Part shown: positions 1 to 10,427 of the stretch, piece after piece | Layout of the letters: every line of letters starts with the position of its first letter | Position numbering within the stretch: position 1 is the first letter of the stretch | From: Eukaryota sp. GEM-RC1 | Lineage: Eukaryota | Direction: 5' to 3' | Length of the DNA stretch: 64,000 nt | NCBI GenBank assembly: GCA_040285855.1 | Contig: JAUFOQ010000013.1 | Location: 744,001 to 808,000, forward strand | Made by a program: the position numbers and the translations under genes | Notes under the pieces: model-generated | What the model was told of the DNA's origin: nothing | Database searches by the model: none | Seen by the model: only the letters and a program-made list of their open reading frames with translations

Positions 1-1249
1 ATAAAGTACCCTAAAATGAGAATTACGGAATGAATTTACGGAACATGTTTCCATCAAAATCAATACATATCAGTTAATCGTAAACAATCAAAAATGTAGA
101 TAAAGGTGTTGTCATTTCATTGGTTATACAATTGGAACAAAATACATACAATTGTCCAATCCATGAGAGCAGGCAGTAATTGCGAATTTGTATAGTCCTT
201 CTTCATGACGAGAGTACCAAAACACCACGCTACTATAGCTCACTTCTTCACCCAACATGATAGTTCTGATATCATTCCTTCAGGAAATCATACACGTGAC
301 GGATCTCTTTTCTACACATGCAAGATATGTGACCCTGTCTATGGTCTGTGGATTTTAAAAGATAAGCGTTATTCCAATCTGACCTATCACTTGAAAGGTA
401 AACATGCTAAATTGTGTCGATCTAAACATTGTGTAGACTGCCTTTGTCTACGTGTGAAACTAAAAGAATTGAGCTTTTCTATAGGTTTTGTACAACAGCT
501 ATTGTCATACCTAAGTGCTGATTAATCTATAGTAATGTAGTTGATGGATTCCACTTTGGCCTTAGAAGATCACTCATTACCTTTGTGGACAGGACGACGA
601 CATTTCAAGCAAGTGTTACGTTTTCTATCGTTAGAACGTAGTCTTCTAGATTCCCGAAAACCAAGGCTTCTTGTAACAAATGAAGTTGCTTTTTTTACAT
701 CGACATGTTTGAGTTAATGCTTGATAATATGGTAAGTCGTTCAACTACTTTTAAAAGAAGATATTTTATTCGAGCCACCAGCTGTTAAACGTTCAAGTTC
801 CAGTTTAAGTGCTGCTGAAGAATTCAAAGGTTATCCTTTGCTGAGCCTGTATTGCCTCAAAACTCAAAAGCTCTTGACTGGTGGCAATATCAAGGACGTA
901 ATCGTTACCCTCAACTGGCTTCAATGGCTAGAAATTTCCTTGTACTTCAAGCCACATATGTTCCATCTGAACAAATGATATATTCTGCAGGCAAGACAGC
1001 CACTGAATTTCAAGCTTCGTTGTCTGATGAAAGTGTTACTTATTTGGTTAGTTTGAGGTCTTTGCTGAAATTGTTTGTTGATGAGCGTGTTTAAATTTAA
1101 TTAATTCTGTACAACTTTGAAAAATAGACCATAAATTCCGTTTTCAACTAGTCCTGAACCTATTGAAACTAATGCAAGTTCAAATTTAAATTAGCAAAAA
1201 TTTGTTCAGTTTCATGGAGCTTGAACCGAACCGAATTTGGACAGTCCTA
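1..1249 (+). mobile_element. Degenerate hAT DNA transposon (left end lies outside the window)
   Basis: BED-finger-like ORF 205-525 (CKIC...HLKGKH). hAT dimerisation-domain ORF 852-1094 (LDWW...YPQLASMARNFL...SE...S.AG). Right end ...GAACCGAACCGAATTTGGACAGTCCTA (ends 1249) is the reverse complement of the TAGGACTGT(G/C)CA terminus seen at 57365. Confidence 0.8.
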
Positions 1250-3032
1250 ACCTCATATGAAAAACATCTATATTTGTCTTGGTACGATTTGTTTTTTAAT
1301 AATTCATATGTTTGTAGAAATGTTACCTTTTTAGGGACGAAATACACGCTCTCAAAGATAACAAAGACAATATAGAATAGTTTTTGATAAATAACAATTG
1401 GTATAGAACTCAATTTTTATAATAATTCAGAGTGATGGAAATTGCTTCCACCACTGGTCACAACCATCAAATGAATGATGATAACTAAGACATCACAATA
1501 ACTCTAGACCTGTTGAGGTGAACACATTGATTGAAATCAGTTGTCGTTCGTAACATGTGTCACGTCAGCATTGATTATGTTACAGAAATACCACAACAAA
1601 TCATCGACATCCATCAAGATTGCGTGAAAATTAGAATAATGAGTCGATCTAAAAAAGAAATGGAACGTCAAAAATGGTGACTAGAGGGGTCGATTGATGT
1701 CGTTAACTACCTCAATTCAATAAAGGCAAAGGATCTTAAAGATGGCATGTGTATATAACAGAAACACATTAATGTTTTAAAACAGTGATGCTTTTGCATT
1801 TGTTACTTGATTTGTCGATCGAGAATGTGAAAATTTTGGGTAAATTTTGTTTGTTTTGGAGCAAATGAAGCAGTTTGATAATTAAAGAAGAGAAAAGGTA
1901 AATTGAAAAGTTACATGACAATTAAATCATTCTGAAACTTTGGCGAAATCTTTGAATTTTTAATCATTCAAAAACTGTCAATCAGAAACGACACTCCAAA
2001 CAGAATTAGAATCAAAACCATGAAGAATTAATATAAACATCATTAACAGTCAGCAAAGTAGATGTTTCCTTTTGAAGAGACTGAATGGAGGGAGGAAAAG
2101 AGAGCTCAGCTAGAGAAGAATCAGACACGTCATTACTAATAGCGTCCTTAGTTGACGAACTGAAGAGAGGATGCAAGGAGGAGGGAATGAAATAGAGATA
2201 GCGATGTCTTTGGTGAAGAGAGAAGTTTATACAGTGAAAACACGAAGAAATGAAGATCTCCGCTGACAAAAGAAGGGTTTTTGAAAGGAAAGATCAGAGT
2301 GTTGAGCCAAACTACATCAATTAACCAGATGTGGAGTCAGAACTGAAATCTTTGCCAGTAAAACACGGGTTGATGAATGGAAGTAAGTAAGAATTTCAGA
2401 AGCGTGTTAAGAGAAAGGCTATGTGAACAGGAACATGAAAGACGGACTACTACATGTACTTGTAGTAGATGGATTCACGAGATTTCATACATGATTCCAG
2501 ATTGAAACCTACTCTAGATTCACTCATACGATAAGTATACTACAACAGTTTTAGATTTTAAAGTCTATTACATCCTCAAATGTTGACTATTCACAAACAA
2601 CACCGATAAACATGTTAAAACTGAAATTTATCAAACATTACAATCACGAAACGATCTCTTCTAGGGAAGTCAGCTAGAATTACTATGTTTTACTTCTGAA
2701 TTAAACCGGTTTTACAAATACTTGTGATTAACACAATAGCCGACAGCTGATGCAAAACTGCAGAAGTTACACTGAAAACGACTCTTCAGCATTTCCGGTG
2801 GACCTTAGTTCAGTCGACCACTTCATCTAACCAGTGCCAGCATGAATTCCTTCCTTTGGCTTTTATCAACATCAGTGAGGAGTGTATGTCAAATGATCAT
2901 CACTTCAATAGTAGTATCAATTATCCAAAAAACATAGAACACAATGACAGTGTTGTTTAGTTTGTCTTACAAGTATGGTCTGTTAAATAGTGCAAAGATT
3001 TTTAAAATTTAATTTCAAAAATCTTTTCCTTC

Positions 3033-5493
3033 ATGGTATGATCGTTGTCCGACTGACTCCTGCTTATATTCGACTCTTCTGACTCTGAAAAGGATCTTGC
3101 TGAATACTCCTCACTGAGTATTGCTCCCCAAAACGATGTGAAAGCTCACAGTAACGTTCGATTCGTCCAAGAGCTTGAACCCATCCCTGTTTATCTGTTT
3201 TCAATGCGGGATGATGTCTCACTCATCCCCAATTACATTTCCCCTTCTCAAACAAAGCATTCCTTCTGATCATTCCTTCATTTCTGTAGATTCAGAATGG
3301 AGACACAATACATTGGATGTACTACAGCTCGGAACTCCATCAATTTGCATGGTCATTCAGATCCACGGCGTTGTTACGTTGCATCAAGATATCAGAGATA
3401 TATTTGTCGATTCCAACATCATCAAGGTGTTCAAAAAGCAAGATCAAGACATTAAACGAATCAAGGAACTCTGGGGGGTTCATGTAGTGTCACCGTATGA
3501 TGTGGAACCGTATTTCCTCACTATTGGAAGGATATATGCCATCAAGGTTGGGAAAGGAAGAACTGAGTTAGGATCTCCATCCCATCCACTCTCAACGTTT
3601 ACCGCCCATGGATACACTCTGTTATCTACGAAGAGTAAGGACATTACGATGAGTAATTGGAGTGAGGAAATCCTAAACGAGGTACAGATTGAATACGCTG
3701 CTCTTGACGCTTTCTGGATCGCCTTCAACTACTATATCAAGATTTCCCATGGGATAACTGGTGATCCAACGAAACATTCCTGTGTTTTCTTCTCCGATTC
3801 ATCACATGCTCAAGTTTTAGAACATCCATTCCAGACCATTCAACTTTTGTCTACTCAATCTACTACATGGCTGAACACGTTAAAACCGTTTTGTTGTGAT
3901 ATTCACTCAGATGAACTTCTGATGAAACAGTATAATAAAACAAGTAAACAGAAACAAAAGAAAATCGGTCCTCAAGCTGTACGATCTCTTGCTTCTGTTC
4001 TTCTCAATATTCTCTCTCATCCTTTAAACTCTAGTCAAGTTCAAACTCTACAACCTTCACAAGATTTTTTCTTTCTTCTTTGAAGACCGAGAAGTTACAC
4101 CTTCTTCAATCGTAAACTTGTGTGTTAGGCTTCTTCTTCCATTGTTGTCTAATTCAACCGTGTCTAAACGGTTACTTGCAATTACTACGCCACTGAAGTA
4201 TCCTGTTTATGTTCTTTCAGTTGCCTATAATCTTCTGGCTCTTGCTCTTGACTCTTCATCATTAGTTAGTGTTGTACAACTTACAGTAACCAAGGAAATG
4301 CTGTCTGGTGAGGTTATTTCTGGTGTTATAGATAAGAAATTAGACAAAAAGTTGACTCATCTTTGGACAACAAGTGCTAAATGCTGTTCTGTCTGTTCAG
4401 ATCTTCCAAATGCCAGTTTCTTTAGTATGTCTGATGCTAACACAGAAGCTGAGGTTGCAATTCAAACTCTATTAAAATCTATTTCTCCAACAAATCCTAG
4501 AGTCACAGTCTTTGCAAGGTCCGTAGTTAAAGTAATTGATCAAATTGTTTTGGCTTCTGATACTGTTATTTTAAATTTTGAAGTTGGAATTGACCATGTT
4601 ATTCCCCCCTGTTTTACAGGATTTATTCTCAAATGACGTCATTTCTAAAGACTTCGTAGGACTTTCTTGTACTCCTCAAGATGTGGCTGATTTCTTCTTT
4701 TTAGAGAACTTTACCAATGTTGTTGATCGATCTTCGTTAGTTCCAAGATCAGTGTTAGATTTAATCGAGGCAAATCCCCACAACACTTCAAAAAACTTGC
4801 CCAAACTTTCACTTTTATTTGTGTCTGAATTCCAGCAGTTTTTAGTGATTTCCTATGTATTGGAACTTTTTGATAGTCTGACGTTTACTTTACAATACTT
4901 TTTCAAAAACAATGGCATTAACCTACTATCACAATCATTTGTTACGAATCTTAATGAACCTTCTTCTTGGATCCAGAATTTAGCGTGCCAAGAAGCCAAT
5001 CTTAAGGCTAACAGGAATATTAGAGTGTTTCCATCAGATTCGGTGAGTAATCTTAATGACGTCATCTATCAAAGCGATGTTCTTGAACTTGCGGTGGTTC
5101 CCATTACTAAACCCGGAAAGAAAAAATCCAGTGTTTTGGTATGTTGAAGAGAAGTTTGTCACTCCTTCACTCCTGCACGCTTTGAAATTATTTAAAAAAT
5201 TGAAAATGTGTGATAAGCTAAACGTACGTCACCTCGAAGGCCATCCCATTCAAATTAAAATTTGGTTTAAAAAATTGTCCGAATTGTTGGCTGTGGAACT
5301 TTTATTTGTTAAGGATGGTACTTTTAGACACGATCTATTATCAGTACAGTTTCACCAGAGTAGTGACTCTGCCTTTGCTGAACTTAAAACCTTAATTCAA
5401 AAGAAGAAATGGGCACTGCGGCAGAATTCATCTGAAAGTAATGAACAAAATGTCCCTTGTAATGATTCTGATAGTGAAGTGGATGATGATTGA
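3033..5493 (+). CDS. DnaQ/WRN-EXD-like 3'-5' exonuclease domain protein, split by several 1-nt indels
   Basis: ExoI-like SVDSEW and ExoIII-like QIEYAALDAF in ORF 3175-4083. ORFs 4118-4636, 4578-5147 and 5056-5493 join into one frame after removing single bases at short homopolymers (~3241, ~4065, ~4599, ~5121). Start uncertain. Confidence 0.7.
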
Positions 5494-5591
5494 TTAAGTG
5501 TATAATCTACGGGTTTTTTTTAAAATGTGTTCCAACAAGAAACTAAATGTAGCTAGTTTTAATTCTTCATATAGAACAGAAACAGAAATAA

Positions 5592-6818
5592 CTGGACCAA
5601 TTAATTCTAGAATCTAAAATTGAAACAGATATCTTTTTCAATGGGGGTCATTTGGGTCCAGTGACTTCTCTTGACTGGTCACGTGATTATCCTATGTTGT
5701 TGAGTGGTGGAGCTGATCATTCTGTGAGATTGTGGGCAGTTACTAAGAATAGTAATAGGATGTTTGAATTTTCAAGACCTTTGATCCATGGTCACGTCAT
5801 CAAGAAAGTCTTTTTTGATCCAATCACGCCCTTCAGAGTCGTGATTGCTTCTTGTGAGAACGCTGTTCGTGTACTAGATGCCACGTCACCAGTTACGAAA
5901 CTGTTTGAAAACACGTGTGGGTTTGCTATCCCCCCGCCTACCCCGGGTAAACCTGAACGGAGTCCTGCCAGAACTTCAAGAGTTGGGGCTTTCTACTCAG
6001 TTATCCAATAGAGATTTCAGTCACTTGATTTCTCTTGACCATCCGCCAGCAGAGCACCAGTTAATGTCTGATACTCTTTGGTTGGAAGTCTGTAGAATTC
6101 CTGGCAGAGCAACTGCTGATGTGGAAACGTGTTGTCTTGCCAAATCGGGAGTCGTGATTGTGAGTCATGATGATGGTTATCTTTCAGTTCATAAAGCTGG
6201 AGTTCAATCAGCAGAGGGTGAGGATCGGTACCATCTCATTGGGGAAGGTTTCGTTGGACTTAAGAAGACTGATATCGTGATTGGATTACACGTCATCAAT
6301 CAGACTTGTATGGCAGTCACGAATACTCTAAAGGTTTTTATTTTTGATTTAAACAAGTTGGATGGGTTTTCAACTGACATTACTAGTGATTGTTCGGTCA
6401 AAATTGATTTTAAAGAGATTTCGGTTGATTTCGGAAATAGTCTAGACTTTTCTCCTTGTTGTGGATGTATTGGTGACGTGTTTTTGATTGGTTTGGGCAC
6501 TCACTTACTATTTTTGGAGGAATCAGGACGTGTTTTGAGCCGAGATCGGGTTGATCAAGTTATCTCTACAATCAGTTCGATTGATGATATGATTGTGATT
6601 GGTTGCTCCTCCGGTGACGTCATGTTTGGCAAGTATCACGACGGATTTCAATTAATTCGGTCTGTCAAGATCTGTTTTACTTTAATTACTTCTATTTCCT
6701 GTAAATGGAATAATGATTCCTTCTTTTGACCGTCAGTTCATCAAATGGATTGGTGTATGGGCTCAATTGTGATTGGAATCTGACAGAAGTGCAGTCGATC
6801 CCTTTGAATTTTTTGTAA
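5592..6818 (+). CDS. ELP2: Elongator subunit 2-like WD40 protein, C-terminal half only; frameshifted
   Basis: GHLGPVTSLDWS...FSRPLIHGH, PELQELGLS and PPAEHQLMSDTLWLEV match recalled Elp2 motifs (RPQIHG, P.LGLS, PP.E..L...TLWPE). +1 indels at ~5931 and ~6724. An in-frame stop at ~5589 leaves no N-terminal propeller. Confidence 0.65.
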
Positions 6819-7289
6819 ATTTTTAGTTCAGATCCAAATTCACCATTTTTAACTTATTTAACTTAGTTTTTCTTCAGTCTTTTTATCATGTCAAAGTGTC
6901 TCTTTTCAACCAGCAGACATGGAGAATCAAGCTAATAAGTAGGGTAGCTCGATGTTATAGTTTAGCATTTTGTCCAATAAATTCTGGATGATCATCACTT
7001 AAAATGAACTTTTGTTTAACATTACTGTGAGCTCCAACTTGCAGCTTTAGTTATCGTACGTATACTTATGTATATAGTTTATTTGACTTTAAGTATGAAG
7101 TCACTGACTAGTAAATATCAAAAAATTATAGTCTGATCTTTGCTAAAGTTTCTGTCATACATTTCTGTATATACTTACTTGTACCTTTTCCAATGTAGTA
7201 CCAACAATATTCGCTACCCAAAAGGTCACCTTTCATGAATACGAATTTGCAGAAGAAAACAAATAAATACGTCATTTAATTAAATGTCG

Positions 7290-7970
7290 TTATTTTATTC
7301 ATCTCCGTGCAGTAATTCATGATGGTGTACGTGATTCTTGTTATTCCATGTTTAAAGCACATGGTTTTCACTCTAAAGTTGAACCAGTTTTGAATCATCT
7401 TTCAGAAAATGAATTTACTGATCAAAAACGAGGGGATCTACATACTCCGTGGCTTAAATCGAGTCAAGCATTAATGGATTTTACTACAGTAGATGTATGT
7501 AACAAATCTTGTGTTAGTAGGATATTAGATTCTTCTTTTAATCCATTAACAGCAGCTGAAAAGCTCAAACACACCAAGTATGACTCTCAAGTAGAAGAAT
7601 TAAATAGAAACTCATATTCCAAATTTGTGTTTCAACCTTTTGCTGTTTCTCTTTTTGGATCTATTAGTCCTGCTGGTGATCAATTTTTCAAGGATTTCGA
7701 AGAATTGTGTAAAGAAAAGAAGCGTAAGTTTAGAATGGCTGAATGGAAAAACCGTATAGTGTTTTCCATATATCGGAATATGCCTTTCTATTTCTCTAGA
7801 TTAATTGAGAAATTGTACAAGTTTGGTGTGAAGGTTCATGTAGATAAACGTAATCTTTTACCGGGTGGTGATGAAGTCGTTTGGATTTAATCTTAGTATT
7901 ATTTGTTTGTTTTTACAATTTCATAGTTTGTAGAAAGGTTACCTTATTGGGTGCCGAATAAACAAATAAA
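7290..7970 (+). mobile_element. CRE-like non-LTR retrotransposon, 3' fragment (restriction-like endonuclease region and 3' UTR)
   Basis: ORF 7348-7890 has the RGD...D...DVC...K..KY...PFAVSLFG motifs of R2/CRE-type RLE and is homologous to the end of the element at 28835-29343. AATAAA-rich tail. Confidence 0.75.
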
Positions 7971-7976
7971 TACTGC

Positions 7977-8110
7977 TTAGACTAAATCCAACCGACTTCA
8001 TCCATATCCGGTAAAGATTACATTAGCCTTCACACTAAACTTTCCCAGTTTCTCAACTAATCGAGAGAAATAGAACGTCGTGTTCCGATATATTCAAAAC
8101 AAAATACGGT
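7977..8110 (-). mobile_element. Antisense fragment of the same non-LTR family, tail-to-tail with the previous copy
   Basis: TAAATCCAACCGACTTCATC...CCGGTAAAGATTAC is a diverged reverse complement of 7850-7890. Confidence 0.7.
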
Positions 8111-8451
8111 TTTCTATATTAACTACATTGTAGTACATCTACTGACAAGGCCGAGTGTAATCCAAAACTGAAGAAATATTTGGAATGGTGTACTATTGCA
8201 GTCCTTGCAGGCGGTTAGGAATATTAAAATTCTGGTACTCAAAAACATTGAAGCCGCAGACATTTGAAAATTCTTATCATGAACGCTTCAATGATTTCAT
8301 ATATCATTTTAATGCAATTCCGTATCCTTAAAATAATTAAATGCTTTTTTTCTATTAAGTGGATTCCACATCATTGGTCGGAGTTTTTCTAAAATGAATG
8401 ATAAGAATTTTATCAATGCATCCCAAGCCTTTGCAATATATTGGACCAGAG

Positions 8452-9542
8452 CAATGTGCGCAAATCTTTGGTACGTACCGATATATATTTTTTCCGTACC
8501 GATGTTATTTGATTTGTTTTTCCTTGTCCTTCAACATACCTTCTTTCACTTTTTCCATAATGCCTTCGCTGAAGGCTGTTACACGGTTTCAATCTAAGGA
8601 TCCTCCTAATGAATGATGTGTGCAAAAAAAGGTGTAACAAGTTTGTTACAAAGGAAATCCTACCTTTAGACATTGCTGAAAATAACAAGCAAAGAAAGTA
8701 TGCTGATTCATTGAAAGACCTGAAACACATTGTCCATGCTGAAAATTCACTTGTCCCATTTGCGATTTCCATATATGGTAGATTAGGCAAACTGGCCTTG
8801 AAGTTCCTTGATGAATTTGCAAAGGTTGTAGCTCGTAGAACTAACAAAATATTTGATCGTTCTTTTGGCAGAACCGAATTGTCCTTACGATTCTAAAGGC
8901 AGTTCCAACAATGATTTCAAAAGCTTTGTTATCCCTAAGTGTGTTTTATGAAGACAAAGCTTCAACAAGGTTCGATTCGAAGGAATCTTGTTTTGATGAC
9001 ATTGAGTATTAGATCATCTTTTTTTATTTTCGAATAAAAGTGTTTTCCTAAAAAAAATGTCATTTGATTTTATAAAAGCCCTGTTTACGAGTGATCTAAA
9101 TGTATTTTCAAATACCATTTTTGGACTGGAGAATCATTGCGTCGTTAAACACTGTACCATTAAAATTAGCTTCTGGATCTTCTAATCGTCTAGATATACA
9201 CTCTTTGGGTTTTTGGGCCCTTTCTAATTGTTTTATTTCGTATCAGTCACTCGTTAGAGCATTGTGAGTCGAAGACGCTACTATTGTTGATTTCATGATA
9301 TTCTTCGTATATACCATTGTCGTTTTGGGACAGTTGTGGTCACCCTAAATTTGAATAAGTGTGACAATCGTGATCTTGATATCCTGAGCTATGTTTAACG
9401 GTAGAATGTATGATGATGGTAACTGTTTAAATCTCACATTTATCATGTTCACAATAGTAATAATTCAGTTGGTCAAAGCACAGTACCGGTACATGTACCG
9501 TACGCCTAAAATCGCCGCGATACGGAACATTTGCGTTCCATG
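8452..9542 (+). mobile_element. hAT-type MITE (GTAC-rich subterminal repeats) interrupted by a LINE fragment
   Basis: Ends CAATGTGCGCAAAT / ATTTGCGTTCCATG. Flanks GACCAGAG (8444-8451) and GTACAGAG (9543-9550) form a degenerate 8-bp TSD. Homologous in inverted orientation to 12628-13195. Confidence 0.75.
8516..9057 (+). mobile_element. 5'-truncated CRE-like LINE insertion with poly(A) tail and 14-bp TSD
   Basis: RLE-region ORF 8609-8896. AATAAA then A-tract 9050-9057. TSD ATGTTATTTGATTT (8502-8515) / ATGTCATTTGATTT (9057-9070). The uninterrupted site is present in the MITE copy at ~13110-13130. Confidence 0.85.
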
Positions 9543-10427
9543 GTACAGAGAACCTTGGGCATTAAATAAATCTATGAATAAACCTGTTGCAGTAGCTACA
9601 CATTTTTACTGTGTTGTAACCTGTATAGCTGTCAGTTGGTTTAGAAATTTATTAAATATTCAATATTCAGCACTGGTACAATACAACAAACATGTTTTGA
9701 TACGATTACTTGTAGTTCAGGAACACACAATTTCCAATAGTGTTTTCAATATCAAAGGTCAAAGTGATTGAATCAGTTTCAAGACTTCTTCGGTCCTTTA
9801 ACGCATATAAAATAGTTAGAGTTGTCTATAACATTCAAACAGCAGTAAAACTTTATATAATACAATTAAATTATCATCTAACAACTTGGCCAAAATGTAA
9901 TAAACGTATCTATAAATTGACTTAAGAAGTAGAAAAGTTAATATAATCCTATTTATACATGTTACACTTTTAAGCAAATTTTGAACTCAGTTTTCCAAAG
10001 CAATTCAGAAACTCTTTAGTGTAACTGCTACAATGATAAAAAAGATAAAAAATACTTTGAGAAGACAACACTCCTACGGTGGATATCTAGAAGTTTTTGT
10101 ATATCTGAAAATGACAACATCGGCAAATTGGAGGAATCTTGCAAATGCAAATTCTTTAGTGTTGAGGAAGTCCACGAGTGACTTCAGTTGGAGTGAAGTT
10201 ACACATCACCAGAAATGACTAAATAGGTTTAGGATAGGTTAGTAAGTTGAAACATCATTATAGAACTTGGCAATAGGACAAACATATACAGAAGAATTTC
10301 AGAGGTTTATTGTATGAAAATAAACTTTCTAAATATGATACAAAATTTCAATAAGAATACATACGGAAGATGATGATGGACGAAGAAAACGTCATCAATT
10401 GTTACGTGGTGAGTTAACAAAAGAGAA

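Noticed and set aside
9391..9771. 126-aa ORF conserved in both duplicates (also 59652-60032)
   Set aside because: It spans a MITE end and AT-rich flank, has no recognisable domain, and its conservation only reflects recent duplication.
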